Source: Octopus sinensis (taxonomy: Eukaryota). From it: 26,000 nt of DNA. Position 1 is the stretch's first letter. Each line of letters starts with the position of its first letter. Positions 10,347-22,343 of this stretch are shown here, one piece after another. The position numbers were made by a program, and so were the translations under genes. The notes beneath the pieces were generated by a model. It made no database searches. It had not been told where the DNA came from and was given only the letters and a program-made list of their open reading frames with translations. The stretch is from assembly GCF_006345805.1 (NCBI RefSeq), contig NW_021835662.1:1-26000 (forward strand), written 5' to 3'.

Positions 10347-11440
10347 AGCTGGAGAGAGAGAGAGGCACATTAGCACTCAGATGGTTGATGAGAGACAGAA
10401 AAACTAGCATTCAGATGGTTGGAGAGACACAGTGGTACACTACCACTCGACTACTTGGGGAGAGACAGAGGCACACTGTCACTCTGATGGTTAGAGAGGG
10501 ATGGAGACACACTAGCGCTCGGATGGTTGGAGAGAGCCGGAGACACACTTGCACTTGGATGGTTGGAGAGAGACAGAGGAACTTGCAATCGTATGGATAG
10601 AGAGAGACAGAGAGACACGAGCAGTCGGGTAGTTGAAGAGAGACTGATGCACTTTAGCAGTCGGGTCGATCATGCGGGTGGTTGGAGAGAGACACACACG
10701 CTAGCACTCAGTTTCTTGAAAAGAGACTGAAGTACACTAACATTCGTAAGGTTGGGGATAGACAGATTTAAACTAGCACACGAGTGGGTGGAGAGGGACA
10801 GAGGCATACTAGCATTCGGATAGTTGGAGAGAGACAGATAGGGACAAGCACTCGAACGATTGGAGAGAAACAGAGGTCACTAGCAATCGAACTGTTGGAA
10901 AAAGAGAGAGAGAGAGAGTCACGCTAGCATTCGAATGGTTGGAGAAAGAAATAGGCACACTAGCATTCGGATGGTTGAAGACAGAAGCACACTAGAAATT
11001 GGTTGGCTGAAGTGAGACAGAGGCACACTAGCACTCGGATGGTTGAAGAGAGACAGAGGCAGACTAGCTCGCAGATGACTGAGGAGATACAAAGGCACGC
11101 TAGCATTCGGGTGGTTGGAGAGAGACAGAGGCAGACTAGCTCGCAGATGACTGAGGAGAGACTAAGGCACGCCAGCATTCGGATGGTTGGAGAGAGACAG
11201 AGGCCACTAGCTCGCAGATGACTGAGGATAGACTTAGGGCACGCCAGCATTCGGATGGTTGGAGAGAGACAGAGGCAGACTAGCTCGCAGATGACTGAGG
11301 AGAGACTAAGGCACGCTAGCACTCGGATGGTTGAAGAGAGACAGAGGCAGACTAGCTCGCAGATGACTGAGGAGAGACTAAGGCACGCCAGCATTCGGAT
11401 GGTTGGAGAGAGACAGAGACGTGCTAGCACTCGGGTAGTA
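10347..11440. repeat. 36-bp minisatellite (about 30 monomers) with a homogeneous 72-bp A/B higher-order repeat at 11028-11423
   Basis: A = CTAGCATTCGGATGGTTGGAGAGAGACAGAGGCAGA and B = CTAGCTCGCAGATGACTGAGGAGAGACTAAGGCACG alternate 5.5 times. Upstream monomers are diverged A-type. Confidence 0.95.
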
Positions 11441-11469
11441 CTGAATATCAACTGAATAAACTAGAGCCT

Positions 11470-11565
11470 AGTGAAATGAAATGCTTTACAGCACTGATCG
11501 CTCCAGAACCTGAAACCACGACCTTATGTTTATGAAGTCAATGACCTAATCATTGGGCTACACCA
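11470..11565 (-). mobile_element. tRNA-like SINE head fragment
   Basis: The minus strand reads GGTGTAGCCCAATGATTAGG (A-box-like) ... GGTTTCAGGTTC (B-box-like). Confidence 0.55.
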
Positions 11566-11573
11566 TTTCATTA

Positions 11574-11617
11574 ACATACATACATACATACATACATACT
11601 ACATACATACATACATA

Positions 11618-11665
<48 letters not shown>

Positions 11666-11886
11666 CATACATACATCATACATACATACATACAATACAT
11701 ACATACATACATGCTGGTGTACATGACTACCTGATTGATGTTGTCAAATTTCCAAAAAGTTATCCTGGTTTCTGGTTTAGAAACCGCTTCCTTTTCTGTT
11801 CATAAGAAATTTCATAGAAATAAACCTGCAGTAACACACATACTAACAGAAGCATAAGTACACACATACACACACAAACACACATA

Positions 11887-11963
<77 letters not shown>

Positions 11964-12515
11964 ACACACACACACCTCCAACTAAAACAAGTGCAGGCGC
12001 CAAGGCGTTTTGTTGTATGTAAGCAATAATAAAAATAAAATAAAAACAAGCTATTATATATAAAAAATATATACAGCAACAACAATTAGAATAACAATCG
12101 CTTAAATATAATCGTTATCTTCAGCAGCAGCAACAGTATCAACGATAGGAACAGCAGCAGCGACGGCACTGAGAGCAGCAGCAGCACCAGTAGCAGCAGC
12201 AGCACCAAGGTCAACAGAGCGTGAATTGTTGATCAACAAAGAGTAAAACCAAAAGTTATCCTATTTACCGTTGTCATGGCAACAAGACCACACATCCATC
12301 CCAGGTAGCTTTAGGTGTGTTTGCTTATGCATGCATGCATGTCTATGTGTATATGCGTATGTATGAATGTGTATGAATATAAATATATATATATGTACAT
12401 GTGTGCACGTATGTATTCGTTGTAAGCATGTATGTATGTGTATGTATGAATGTATATAAATGTATATATGTATGCATATATGTATGTATCATGTATTTAT
12501 GCATGTTTGTTTGTA

Positions 12516-12569
<54 letters not shown>

Positions 12570-12595
12570 GTGTGTGTGTGTGTGTGTGTGTGTAG
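11574..12595. repeat. Cluster of (TACA)n, (TA)n, (CA)n, CAG-rich and (TG)n simple repeats
   Basis: (TACA)/(TA) about 11574-11710, (CA) about 11870-11975, CAG-rich about 12121-12205, (TG) about 12521-12592, separated by unique sequence. Confidence 0.9.
12270..12283. promoter_or_regulatory. RFX X-box-like palindrome GTTGTCATGGCAAC
   Basis: 13/14 match to the GTTGCCATGGCAAC X-box consensus. Motif match only. Confidence 0.4.
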
Positions 12596-13788
12596 CTATA
12601 CGCAGTCATAGCTGAGTAATTGCGTTCACTTCACAATTATGTGACCCTGTGATCGATCCTCAGCATTGCATTTTGGCGAATATAACAAAATCGCTTGTCC
12701 TTCTAAGTATTATAAGTGGAATATGGAAACTGTGCGGAAACCTGCTGAATAGATTGTATCTGTAATTCAAAAGTCCGCCCTTGTCGTACAGCGTCATGCC
12801 AATTCCGTATAATTGTCATTAAGCTAGAATAGAAGATCCCGTTCGCTTAGTTTCCACAGAGTTAGATCTGCAGGAAACTAATTTCCTAATTCAGAAATAT
12901 AATTTTCCAATTTCTTTTCTTTCTCTGACAGAACTACGTTTCTAAATAAAACCGTTTTGCCTAAGAGATTTATGATTAAGGAGAGAGGTGAAACACCTTT
13001 GATTCTCGAATACCGGACTTGGGGACGCGGTGACTCAGTATGGTCTCATAGAAACCCAGGACAATTTACGGAACGAAGTGCGTTCCATCGGTCATGTAAA
13101 TGCTTTTTTTAAAAATCTGAGTAAGGTGCAGCAAATCAAACTGAAGTGGTTCGTCATATTTTCGCCAAAGATGGCGATGTGCAACTGAAAGGACGTCATA
13201 AGCTAAGGACCAGGTAAGGGACATTGGTGGAGACGTTGGCCTTTGACCCAGTGTCACCTTTGTGACACAATCCGAGCAGACGATAAGCTCCATGAGCTAA
13301 CATGTAATTGAACAGGTTCTGTATGTACATACATGCAGATCCTAACAAACTCCGAATATACAGAACAGTCCTTCAGTTGTGCCCCCACTGAATGTGCAAA
13401 GAGAAAAGGCAATAAAACTGACGATCCATGGAACAAAGCACAGTTGCGGAAATAAGAGTCAGTTGAGGACTTTCTTCGTAGAGAAGCTGGAAGTGAAGTG
13501 AAGGTGGACAGCAGCAGAGGAAGCAGTAACAACAGCAACAACAACAGCGGGAAACAGCAGATGGTGTTTGCAAGACACTACAGACTGTAGCTCGGAGAAC
13601 GGAGTATGCTTTTGCCTCGTTCCCAGTGTTAGAAGCTGGTTCCTGCTGTTAGTGTTGCCGTCTTTGTCGCAACCATCAGCACCAACCTTGTTTGAAAGAG
13701 ATTAAGAAGGAAGAGACCATCTTCCCATCGAACTAGTTTATGAAGTTCACTCTTCCTCAAACAGACAACGAGAGACCGATGTTTTGAA

Positions 13789-13790
<2 letters not shown>

Positions 13791-13828
<38 letters not shown>

Positions 13829-14028
13829 CAAAGAAAATGGAGAAGTACATCTATATCATTTATCAACTACCAGATAATACCCAATCATATACTTTATAAA
13901 CCACTACATAAGACATTAGGGTTAAACATAAAAATATATAACAAAACAGCGTACATGAATGAGTAATACAATACAAAAAGTACAATCATTATAAGAGGGT
14001 ATAAATAAATAAATATAAATAGATATAA

Positions 14029-14059
<31 letters not shown>

Positions 14060-14113
14060 TATATATATATAATATATATATAATATATATATTATATATA
14101 TATATATATATAT
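13791..14113. repeat. Two (TA)n tracts
   Basis: About 13791-13826 and about 14030-14113. Confidence 0.95.
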
Positions 14114-14530
14114 AAGGGGACGACGAAAAAGATGAAATGCGGATTGAGATAATCCTTCTTTGTAGACTGCTAATAACAACCATTCTCAAAATATTTCAAC
14201 TCCCAGGAAGTGGTAGACCCATTTCCTCACCTTCCAGCTTCTTAAGTTTCTCACGAATACATTCGAGACAAAATTTTCATTAAAGCTAAAGTTTATCAGG
14301 AGTATAATGTGTTTTATGTCATATTTATATTATTGATGTTTATATTGATAAATATTTCATTCTATTTATTGTCGTAATTCTTAAAAAGTATTTAATACAT
14401 CACATTAGAATGTCTCTCACCCTTTCGCGCCCCGTTTCATATATCTTATATATATATACATCAACGTAATACAAAGACGTGTATAAGTTCCACATATCTC
14501 TGTAATGCTTTTGCAATGTATTTTGTAATA

Positions 14531-15076
14531 TCTCTTATTATAAAAGGCAGATTTTATCTGCCTCCCTTTGTAACTTATAGAAATCTACAATATAGGATTT
14601 CTTCAATTACAATTTACCTAGCATTTTTAAGAGTAGAATGCATCGGGTCATGCCAGGTCCAGTTTTTAAAATTTAAACTCCAATTAAGCAAAATTTACAG
14701 AAAACTCACATTCTGGTGTGTATGTCAAATGCTTTCCTTAATGTGGTTTACACCACACGCACACGCACACACACAGTGTGCAACGATAAAATGAAAGTAA
14801 ATAGCGACAGAGTGATTTGAGGAAGACTAAACTGAAAGTATTTAAACCACTACTCAAAAAATAAAAAAACACAGCAAACAGAAACAAATAAATACATAAC
14901 GATTTACTCCTCACACAATTTCTTCAATTAGAGTTTACCTAAGATTTTTCAAAGTACTCCATTCGGTCATGCCATAATATATTTCTTTCAATTTCACCCC
15001 CAATTAAGACAAAATTCGAGAAAACTCAATATTTTAACATTTCACTCCGAAAGCATTGATGTACATGTGTGCGTGC

Positions 15077-15145
<69 letters not shown>

Positions 15146-16227
15146 ATGGGTTGTGCGACAAAGAAAGTGTGGTGTGTAAGTGAAGTGCTTTTGTTAGTGT
15201 GTGTAAAGAGACAGACAGAGTGAAAGACAGAAATAACTGAACTTTTTTTATTCACTTTTTGTAGTGAGTGACTGAGAAAGAAAAGAGAGAGAGAGGTTAT
15301 GTATGTATATATGTATGTATGGCTTCAGTGACACACACACACACAAAAACACATACCTACGTACACCTAAAGCACGCACACACGCACAAGCGGAGCACGA
15401 ACTTCAAAATTTTGGTAGTATTAATTTGCGAGCGTACTTCTAAGCGCGCGTAATTGAAAGTTTTCACTATGATATCATCACGTGCGAAAAAATTCGAAGG
15501 GTTTTGAACAATTGAGATACAGATGTCACGCCTGTATTGAAACCATTGCTAAGCTGCCGTAATTGCTTAATTAGACTTTGTTTAATTGAAAGGGGCAAAT
15601 ATGTGACGAGGTTGAAAAAAAATACCCCAGAAAAAAAATGTACTGCTGGTATTTATATAAGTCACTACTATTTTGCTACAATGTCATGAAAAAGAAAAAA
15701 TTTAGGTATGTAAATCGAATTCGCCACCCCCTTTCCCCCGTTCGCGTTTGTGTAAAAAAAATTATTATTTAAGTTTTAAAAATTATTTACTTTGTTCAAA
15801 AAATATTAATATTAATTAATTTTCAAGAATTATTTAATTTTATTCTGTAAAATAGTAATTAATTCATTTATCTGTAAATCCGCGAGGTTGTTACTCAGGC
15901 ACCTAGAATGGTAACCTTCAACTAACACTATCTCCTCCGAGACCCTGCGGCGCAAGTCGACCAAAATTGAGAGTATGGTAGAAGAAGGGTTGCTCTTCCT
16001 TCCGTAGAACATAAAATTCAAATCGGACCATGTTAACACCAAAAATTATTTACATCAAAAAGATGCTTTTTTCTATGAAAATCCCTATTTTTTACGATTT
16101 TTTCACTGCTGTGTCGCCACTTTTCGGTGTATTTCGACCAGAAAAATGTTCACAAAATTTTTACTTTTCAAAATTACAATTCCAGCGGGTCGAAACAAAC
16201 CCGAGCAACGCCGGGCGATACTGCTAG
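14531..16227 (+). mobile_element. Non-autonomous Helitron, about 1.7 kb
   Basis: 5' A|TC start (14530|14531) followed by TCTTATTATAAAA and hairpin GGCAGAT-TTT-ATCTGCC (14546-14562). 3' GC-rich hairpin CCCGAGCAACGCCGGG (16200-16215), then CTAG (16224-16227)|T. AT target with no TSD and no RepHel ORF. That the two ends belong to one insertion is inferred. Confidence 0.8.
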
Positions 16228-17878
16228 TGTAGGAATAAATCCTGATGAGAAAATAGGTCATTAGAAGGATTATTATGGTTGTTGGTGGATGAAACTAAGG
16301 GCAAATAACTGCTCCAAATAACTGCAACGTTACAACAGTGGTTCTTAACCTCTCTCTCTCTTTCTCTTTCTCTGCGTGTGTGTGTGTGTGTATGTGTGTG
16401 TGTGTGTGCGTGTGTGTGTAGACACCTCTTTTTAAGTAGTTGTTATGCCTAGCGCCCACCTAAATGATGAGTAAGATATCACGACGAAACAAACCTAACA
16501 TGGATGGTTATTCATAAACTTTACTAGAATATAAAAAAAACGGATTGGATTAGCGTTTAACAGTGAAATGATAAAAAAAAAGAAACTCAATAAAGACAAA
16601 AGTTGTAAATTTACTTTATGCATTGCAAGTAAATGTTTTCATTGATCCTGATGAGATTTAACTAAAGTTCTATATTATTTTCATTGCTTGTCAAAACAAG
16701 TCGGAAGTTTCCACTCTGATTTGTTGCATATTTATTTCGTTGCTTAATCAGCAATTGCGAGACCGTGCGGAATCCTTTCCCTATTAAATATGAAGGAAAA
16801 GCAATGAACAGTAATTGAATTATTTGCCGAAGTTCAGAATACTTGCTTTGTATTTTGGGTAATATTCAGTGCGTTAATTACGCTAGCTCACTGCTCCCTA
16901 AAGCCAAACGACCCCTTCGTCATGGCCCGTGCTCTCTTGGCTGCGGTACCGCCCATGTTTCAAACTTCTGCTTTACAAGGATGTGGGTTCGTTATGTTCC
17001 ATCTTTCTAGGGAACTAGTTAACTAAACAAAGGTGAAGTATTAAAGCTGACTTCATAAACTCAGTCCTTTAATCAAAGGTTGCATCTTAATTGCCCCCAA
17101 CATACCGAGCAGATGGGCTGTAGTCGGGAAAAATACGCAAACCTTCCTTTAACAGATTGGAGACTTATAAAACATGCAGTGATGTATCAAGAAAATTTCA
17201 TGTGACGTCAGACTAACAATTTTATTTCGCTTGGATTAGTTTTCAGTTATAAAACCCCCAAAGGCACTTTATTGGATTTCTTTCTAGAATAAATATCGTT
17301 GCGGAACTAGAAAACCTAAAGCGGTTATCTAGTTCTATGATTTTCATCCACTGACACCCGTTTTAATGGTCCTGGAACAATGGAATTATGTGGCTAATTG
17401 CAGGCTATTTATTCTCTTCTATTGTTGCCATGATTACATCGGTATTTTAAAGACTCGACGACTTTATGATGCAGGAAAGAATTAAATTCTTGGGGGTTTT
17501 AGATTTGACAATTTAATCGATTTGACGGATTTCGATGTGTTAACTTGATATTTGCAGATAGCTGAGTCTTAAAGAGTTAAGGAATACCCTATTGGATTAG
17601 ATACATGTAACAGCCTATGATGCTTTGACTACACTTGTTGAACACAATGGTTTTCAAATATCTTACTCAATTATAAATTAACTGGTAACGTTTTAATGTA
17701 AATGATATACAAGGAATTAAATACACTAAATATATTTACAGTAACGTCACTACCGTATCTTGCGGATAATGAATTTGATTGCTTTTCATTTCGAACCGAT
17801 TCTAGTCTTCATTTGTGTATTTCTAATGTCGCTCGACAAGATACATATAACAACTTATTTTACCCACAAATCATATTT

Positions 17879-18043
17879 TAGAAAATTCCTATTTTTAAAT
17901 CTCACAACGAGAGATATTCAGCAACAGTACTTTGGAGTAAAGATTGTTTGCCAACATAACATGGCAGTCCTGGCTAAATTACAGCAACATCCGTCCTAAA
18001 CCAGGACTGCCATGTTATGTTGGCAAACAATCTTTACTCCAAA
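17879..18043 (-). mobile_element. Family H copy 3: short foldback with perfect 43-bp arms plus about 51-bp unpaired tail
   Basis: 17931-17973 is the exact reverse complement of 18001-18043. The arms match 8401-8443. Segment 17879-17930 matches 8350-8400. Confidence 0.85.
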
Positions 18044-18954
18044 TCACATTTTGTCTTAAAAATCGATGTATTGGTCGCAGTTGGAATGACTTAAATCAAA
18101 GTCGGTCCAGTCAAGATTAAACCTGAGCTAAACAACAACGACAAGAATCATGTTCCATAGTGACTTTTCCAGTCCTATTTCGGCAAATATGGTACTGGTT
18201 ATGCTTCACTGATAAGGTCAGAAAATTATGTCGCGAGTTATTTTCCGTATTTTACAAAAAAATTAATATTATCTTAGCCATTGACTAACTTCGATATTTT
18301 AAAATTATTTTCCTCTTATTTATCCTTAGTCAGCATTTTCATGTTCCATGCATTAAAATCTACCGATTCTAACCATTCTTCTTTTTATATGGACGATGTG
18401 TGTGTGAATGGTAAATTTTCTAAACAACAGTAATTTTCTTCACAAAGTAAATATATAATATTTTCCTCATTCATTTGGCGATGTCTTCGTTACTACTTAA
18501 CTAGGTGCAGTGAAGGTTATTCACAGCTAATGAAATCAAAATGAAATTGAAATATGTCCCGATTTATCTCCCCCTCTTGCTGCAAAATGAAAGTAAATGT
18601 TGGTCGTTGCCAATCTTCTTTTCTTATTAAGCCTCATTTATTTGTTTCTTGTTCTTTTCACACTCAGTGTGGCAAATCTATTAACACCAACTTAGCAATT
18701 CTAGACATATTAAAACTACTTTTAGTATTAATTTCACTAAATTATCGTAGACGATGATTATAAGCAGAGAAATGGAGTGCTACAGACTGTTATATGCGCA
18801 GCAATTGCTTGGATGCTGTTGACGAGGAATTATGATTTTGTTGCTATCCCTGTCCATGTTTTTATTATTGGTATCGTTGTTGTTTAGCAGGTCAACTGTG
18901 ATTAAGCAAGCAGACGATCAAAGCCCTCCAGCTATGAACAGTTATTTAGACATA

Positions 18955-20397
18955 CACTGACCCGCTAAAGAAACACGATTTTTCCAAATGTCATATTTAT
19001 ATGGTTTATGGCTGAGATCCAAATTGCAGGTAGCCTTTCAACTTTCGCTGAAACGAGATGCCAAAACGCAGCTGCTTTGAATGCCGTGGGTGGTAGTCGT
19101 GGGTGGTTTTCAGTGTTATGAAAACCGAAATGGACGTGCATCTCGTAGAGGTTATGGGTATAAAAACCATCCTGAACCGCATTCCTAACATTTTTAATTT
19201 GACCGCATCAGGTATGACCCGATTGTCAGCAGCGCAGAGAACAAGCTATCGGCCGATTGCAAGCAGGGCATTGTACCCTAGTTGTTGCGAAAGCTTACAA
19301 TGTCCATGTCAGCACCATCTATCGCCTGCAACAGCGATACAACAACCCCAACAGCACTGCAGACCGTGCCTACAGAGGGCACCCCCCGATGACCACGCCC
19401 AGGCAGGACCGCTTCACTCACCTGCAATACCTATGTGATCGCTTCACACCGACCAGCGTGACCATTGGCACTGGACAACGACCCATCAGCGACGACACAG
19501 TACGACGTCGACTGGCCGCCAACAACCTGTGTTGCCATTGTCCTACTGGAGTGTCTGTCCTCTCCGCCCGCCACCGTCAGGCACGACTACAGTGGGATTC
19601 ACAGCACCGACATTAGCGGCATTAACAATGGAGTTCGATAGTCTTCTCTGATGAGAGCCGGTACTGCGTTTCCACTTCGGATGGCAGAGTGAGAGTGTGG
19701 CGTAGGAGAAGGTGAATTCTATAGAGATGCATGTGTCATGGAGAGAGGCGCATGAGGTGGCCAAAGTATCATGGTTTGGGGTGCTATAGGCCTGAATCAC
19801 AGAACTGGGCCCCATGTGTTCCAAAATCTTGGTGCAGGCAGAGGAAATGGCATGACAGCGCAGCGCTACGTTGACCAGACCCTAAGACCTCACATCGTAC
19901 CCTTCGCGCGTCACTATAGCCCCGTATTCCAGCAGGATAATGCTTCCTTCAATACAGCCAGGGTCACCATGGACCTCCTATGTCAGCACAACATCAGAAC
20001 CATGCCGTGGTCGGCTCTCAGCCCGGATTTGAACCCAATTGAACACCTATGGGATGAAATCCAGAGAACCAGGTGGTCCCAAGGCTGACAATTTGTGTGG
20101 AACAGGAGGCAGCTTTCCTCAGGGTGTGTCACAGGTGCCAATGGTTTTTGTAAACCGCCTCATGCACTCCATGTACTGACAGTGTATGGCCGTTTTGAAC
20201 ACCCAAGGAGGGTATACATGTGCTGGATGTGCTGGATCCGCCCACTACCAGAACACATAGCAACGATCCATAGGCTGTGGTCAAAGTGCCTCCAAGAAAT
20301 TGACTTTATCAGATTTGTCAAAATTTATCGCTGACCCAATGAAATTAAAACATAATTCACATTCAACCACGCCTCGCGTTTCTTTTGCAGTTCAGTG
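18955..20397 (+). mobile_element. Tc1/mariner DNA transposon (DD34E), full length 1443 bp, inactivated
   Basis: 24-bp TIRs CACTGACCCGCTAAAGAAACACGA and (rc) CACTGAACTGCAAAAGAAACGCGA, 20/24 identical. TA TSD at 18953-18954 and 18398-type position 20398-20399. Contains a transposase pseudogene. Confidence 0.95.
19214..20225 (+). pseudogene. Tc1-family transposase pseudogene
   Basis: ATG at 19214 (MTRLSAAQR.QAIGRLQAG...AKAYNVHVSTIYRL, HTH region). Catalytic motifs VFSDESR (D at 19650), FQQDNA (D at 19936) and SPDLNPIEHLW (E at 20041) with 34 residues between the second D and E. In-frame stops at 19614 and 19623 and several frameshifts. Confidence 0.93.
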
Positions 20398-20519
20398 TAG
20401 TGCGACTGTAACACCGTCATCCAATGCTTCATTTTCTTTCAAGACATTATAGTATATGTTTCAGGAAGATTTAGCAACTGTTTCTTGCATATCCAGTGGT
20501 TACTTAATTGGTATTTATT

Positions 20520-21520
20520 CAGCAGGTGATAAACTAGCATCTAACATATTAGGTTGTTGATAACTAAATATCTAATAGAGATACAATAACTAGTGTAGAG
20601 ACAAGCTTTATAGCCACGGCGTGCACTGAACATATCGGTGTAATATACTGATAAACCAGCGAAGTAGAGACTCCAGGTGATAAACTGGCTATCATAGTAT
20701 GTGATAAACAAAACAGTAATGTAGATACGTCATGTGATAAATAAACTAGCAATACAACTAAGGCAGGTGGTAATTAGTCACTAATATATCTATAGAGTGT
20801 GTGATACATAAACCTTAGTAATACGGGCACGGCATGTGATAAACAAACGGCAATAGTATTATTTATACTGTACAGGATAAATCCAATAATACTATTTGTA
20901 TTGTAGATAATAAATAAGATGTAATTTGTTTTCAACTACTGACAAATACAATAACAGCATCTAAACAACAGATGATAAACAAACGTGTGTGTGTGTGTGT
21001 TACTATTTATGCAATTGTGATATGATATACAGACAGTATTTTGGAGGCAATAGGTAATAAATACAATGATCACATGGACACTACATGTCATAAATTCTAA
21101 GTAAATTGGATTCAGCCTGTGATAAATAGTTTAGCGAGATAGATGGATAGAACAGGTGTTAGATATAATGATAATATGGATATAGCAGGTGGTAAACATT
21201 AAATTGGACATAGTAGCTGGTGAAACCGGCCAAAGACTAGTAATATCGATAGAGCAGGTGATAAGTACAACCAATGCAATACTAATATTTATTAAGCAGG
21301 TGATAGAAATATAACGACAGCGTGAAAAACACAGATTAACAGATAACATGGATGTCGCAGGTGTGGTATTCGTGCAATATGAAACGAGAAATATAGAGAG
21401 GGGTAAATATGAGTAATAGAGACGTGGCAGGTGAGAAATAGAGTAATTATTGAGATATACTAATATGTAATAAATAGGCTGCTTTTATGGTTATAATAGG
21501 AAGAACTGGCAGATGATAAA
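20520..21520. repeat. Degenerate tandem repeat (about 30-35 bp period) with conserved CA(G/T)GTGATAAAC core
   Basis: The core or close variants recur at about 20522, 20648, 20674, 20700, 20731, 20833, 20970, 21117, 21254, 21296 and 21511, all on the same strand. Confidence 0.65.
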
Positions 21521-21665
21521 GAGATTTTGGATGCTGAGACATATGATGAATATGAATATAACGCTGTAAATATGTGAACGGGAAGGAAGCATGAGAGGAT
21601 CTTTCCACTGTGTTTAAAACTAAAGGGGCCGGAAGTCTACAGGCCCACCATTAACAAATAATTTG

Positions 21666-21813
21666 TTTCTTTATTACCCACAAGGGGCTAAAAATAGAGG
21701 GGACAAACAAGGACAGACAAATGGCTTAAGTCGATTACATCGACCCCAGTGCGTAACTGGTACTTAATTTATCGACCACGAAATGATGAAAGGCAAAGTC
21801 GACCTCGGCGGAA
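21666..21813 (-). mobile_element. SINE family A, 5'-truncated copy
   Basis: Reverse complement of the 3' two-thirds of 24877-25107 (CCGCCGAGGTCGACTTTGCCTTTCATC...AAGTACCAGTTACGCACTGGGGTCGATGTAATCGACTTAA...TTGTGGGTAATAAAGAAA). Confidence 0.9.
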
Positions 21814-21829
21814 GGGAAAATTATGTTGC

Positions 21830-22221
21830 GTGGCTGTGTGGTGAGAAGTTTGGTTGCCAACCACGAGGGGTTCAACTCCACTGCTTAGCACCTTCGGCAG
21901 GTATCTTCTACTGAAGTTACGGCGATGTAAACACACCAACACAGGCTGTCAAGTGATGATAGTGTTGGGTAAGCATATATGTGTATGTGTATGTGTGTGT
22001 GTGTGTGTATGTGTGTGTGTATGTGTGTGTGTATGTGTGTGTGTATTCACACACACACACAACGGGCGTCTTTCAGTTCCTGTCTACCAAATCCAATCTC
22101 AAGTCTTCAGTCGGCCCGAGCCTACAGTAAATGACACTTACCCAAGATGCAACGAAGTAGGACTGAACCTGGAACCATGTGGTTAGGAAACAAGCTTCTA
22201 ACCATACAGCCACACCTGCGC
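21830..22221 (-). mobile_element. SINE family B: forward head fragment (21830-21910) abutting a reverse partial copy (21911-22221)
   Basis: Both segments align by eye to 22344-22690, in opposite orientations. Confidence 0.8.
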
Positions 22222-22343
22222 TTATGAGCTGAAGTATGAATGTGTGTTGAAATATTGAGATTCATATGCTAAATAGTACCTATAAACAGCCAAGTAGACT
22301 GTGTTATTTAGACTGAGGCGGTGTGTTTGATGGAGGAGTTGAT

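Noticed and set aside
10347-11440. CRISPR-like appearance of 36-bp repeats
   Set aside because: Units are contiguous with no unique spacers, the context is eukaryotic and there are no cas genes.
13254-13544. Minus-strand ORF resembling a signal peptide plus dibasic site
   Set aside because: There is no ATG and an in-frame stop lies just upstream. The Leu run is the reverse of an (AAC/CAG)n repeat.
16336-16351. hAT-like terminus CAGTGGTTCTTAACC as a full element
   Set aside because: No partner TIR or TSD was found.
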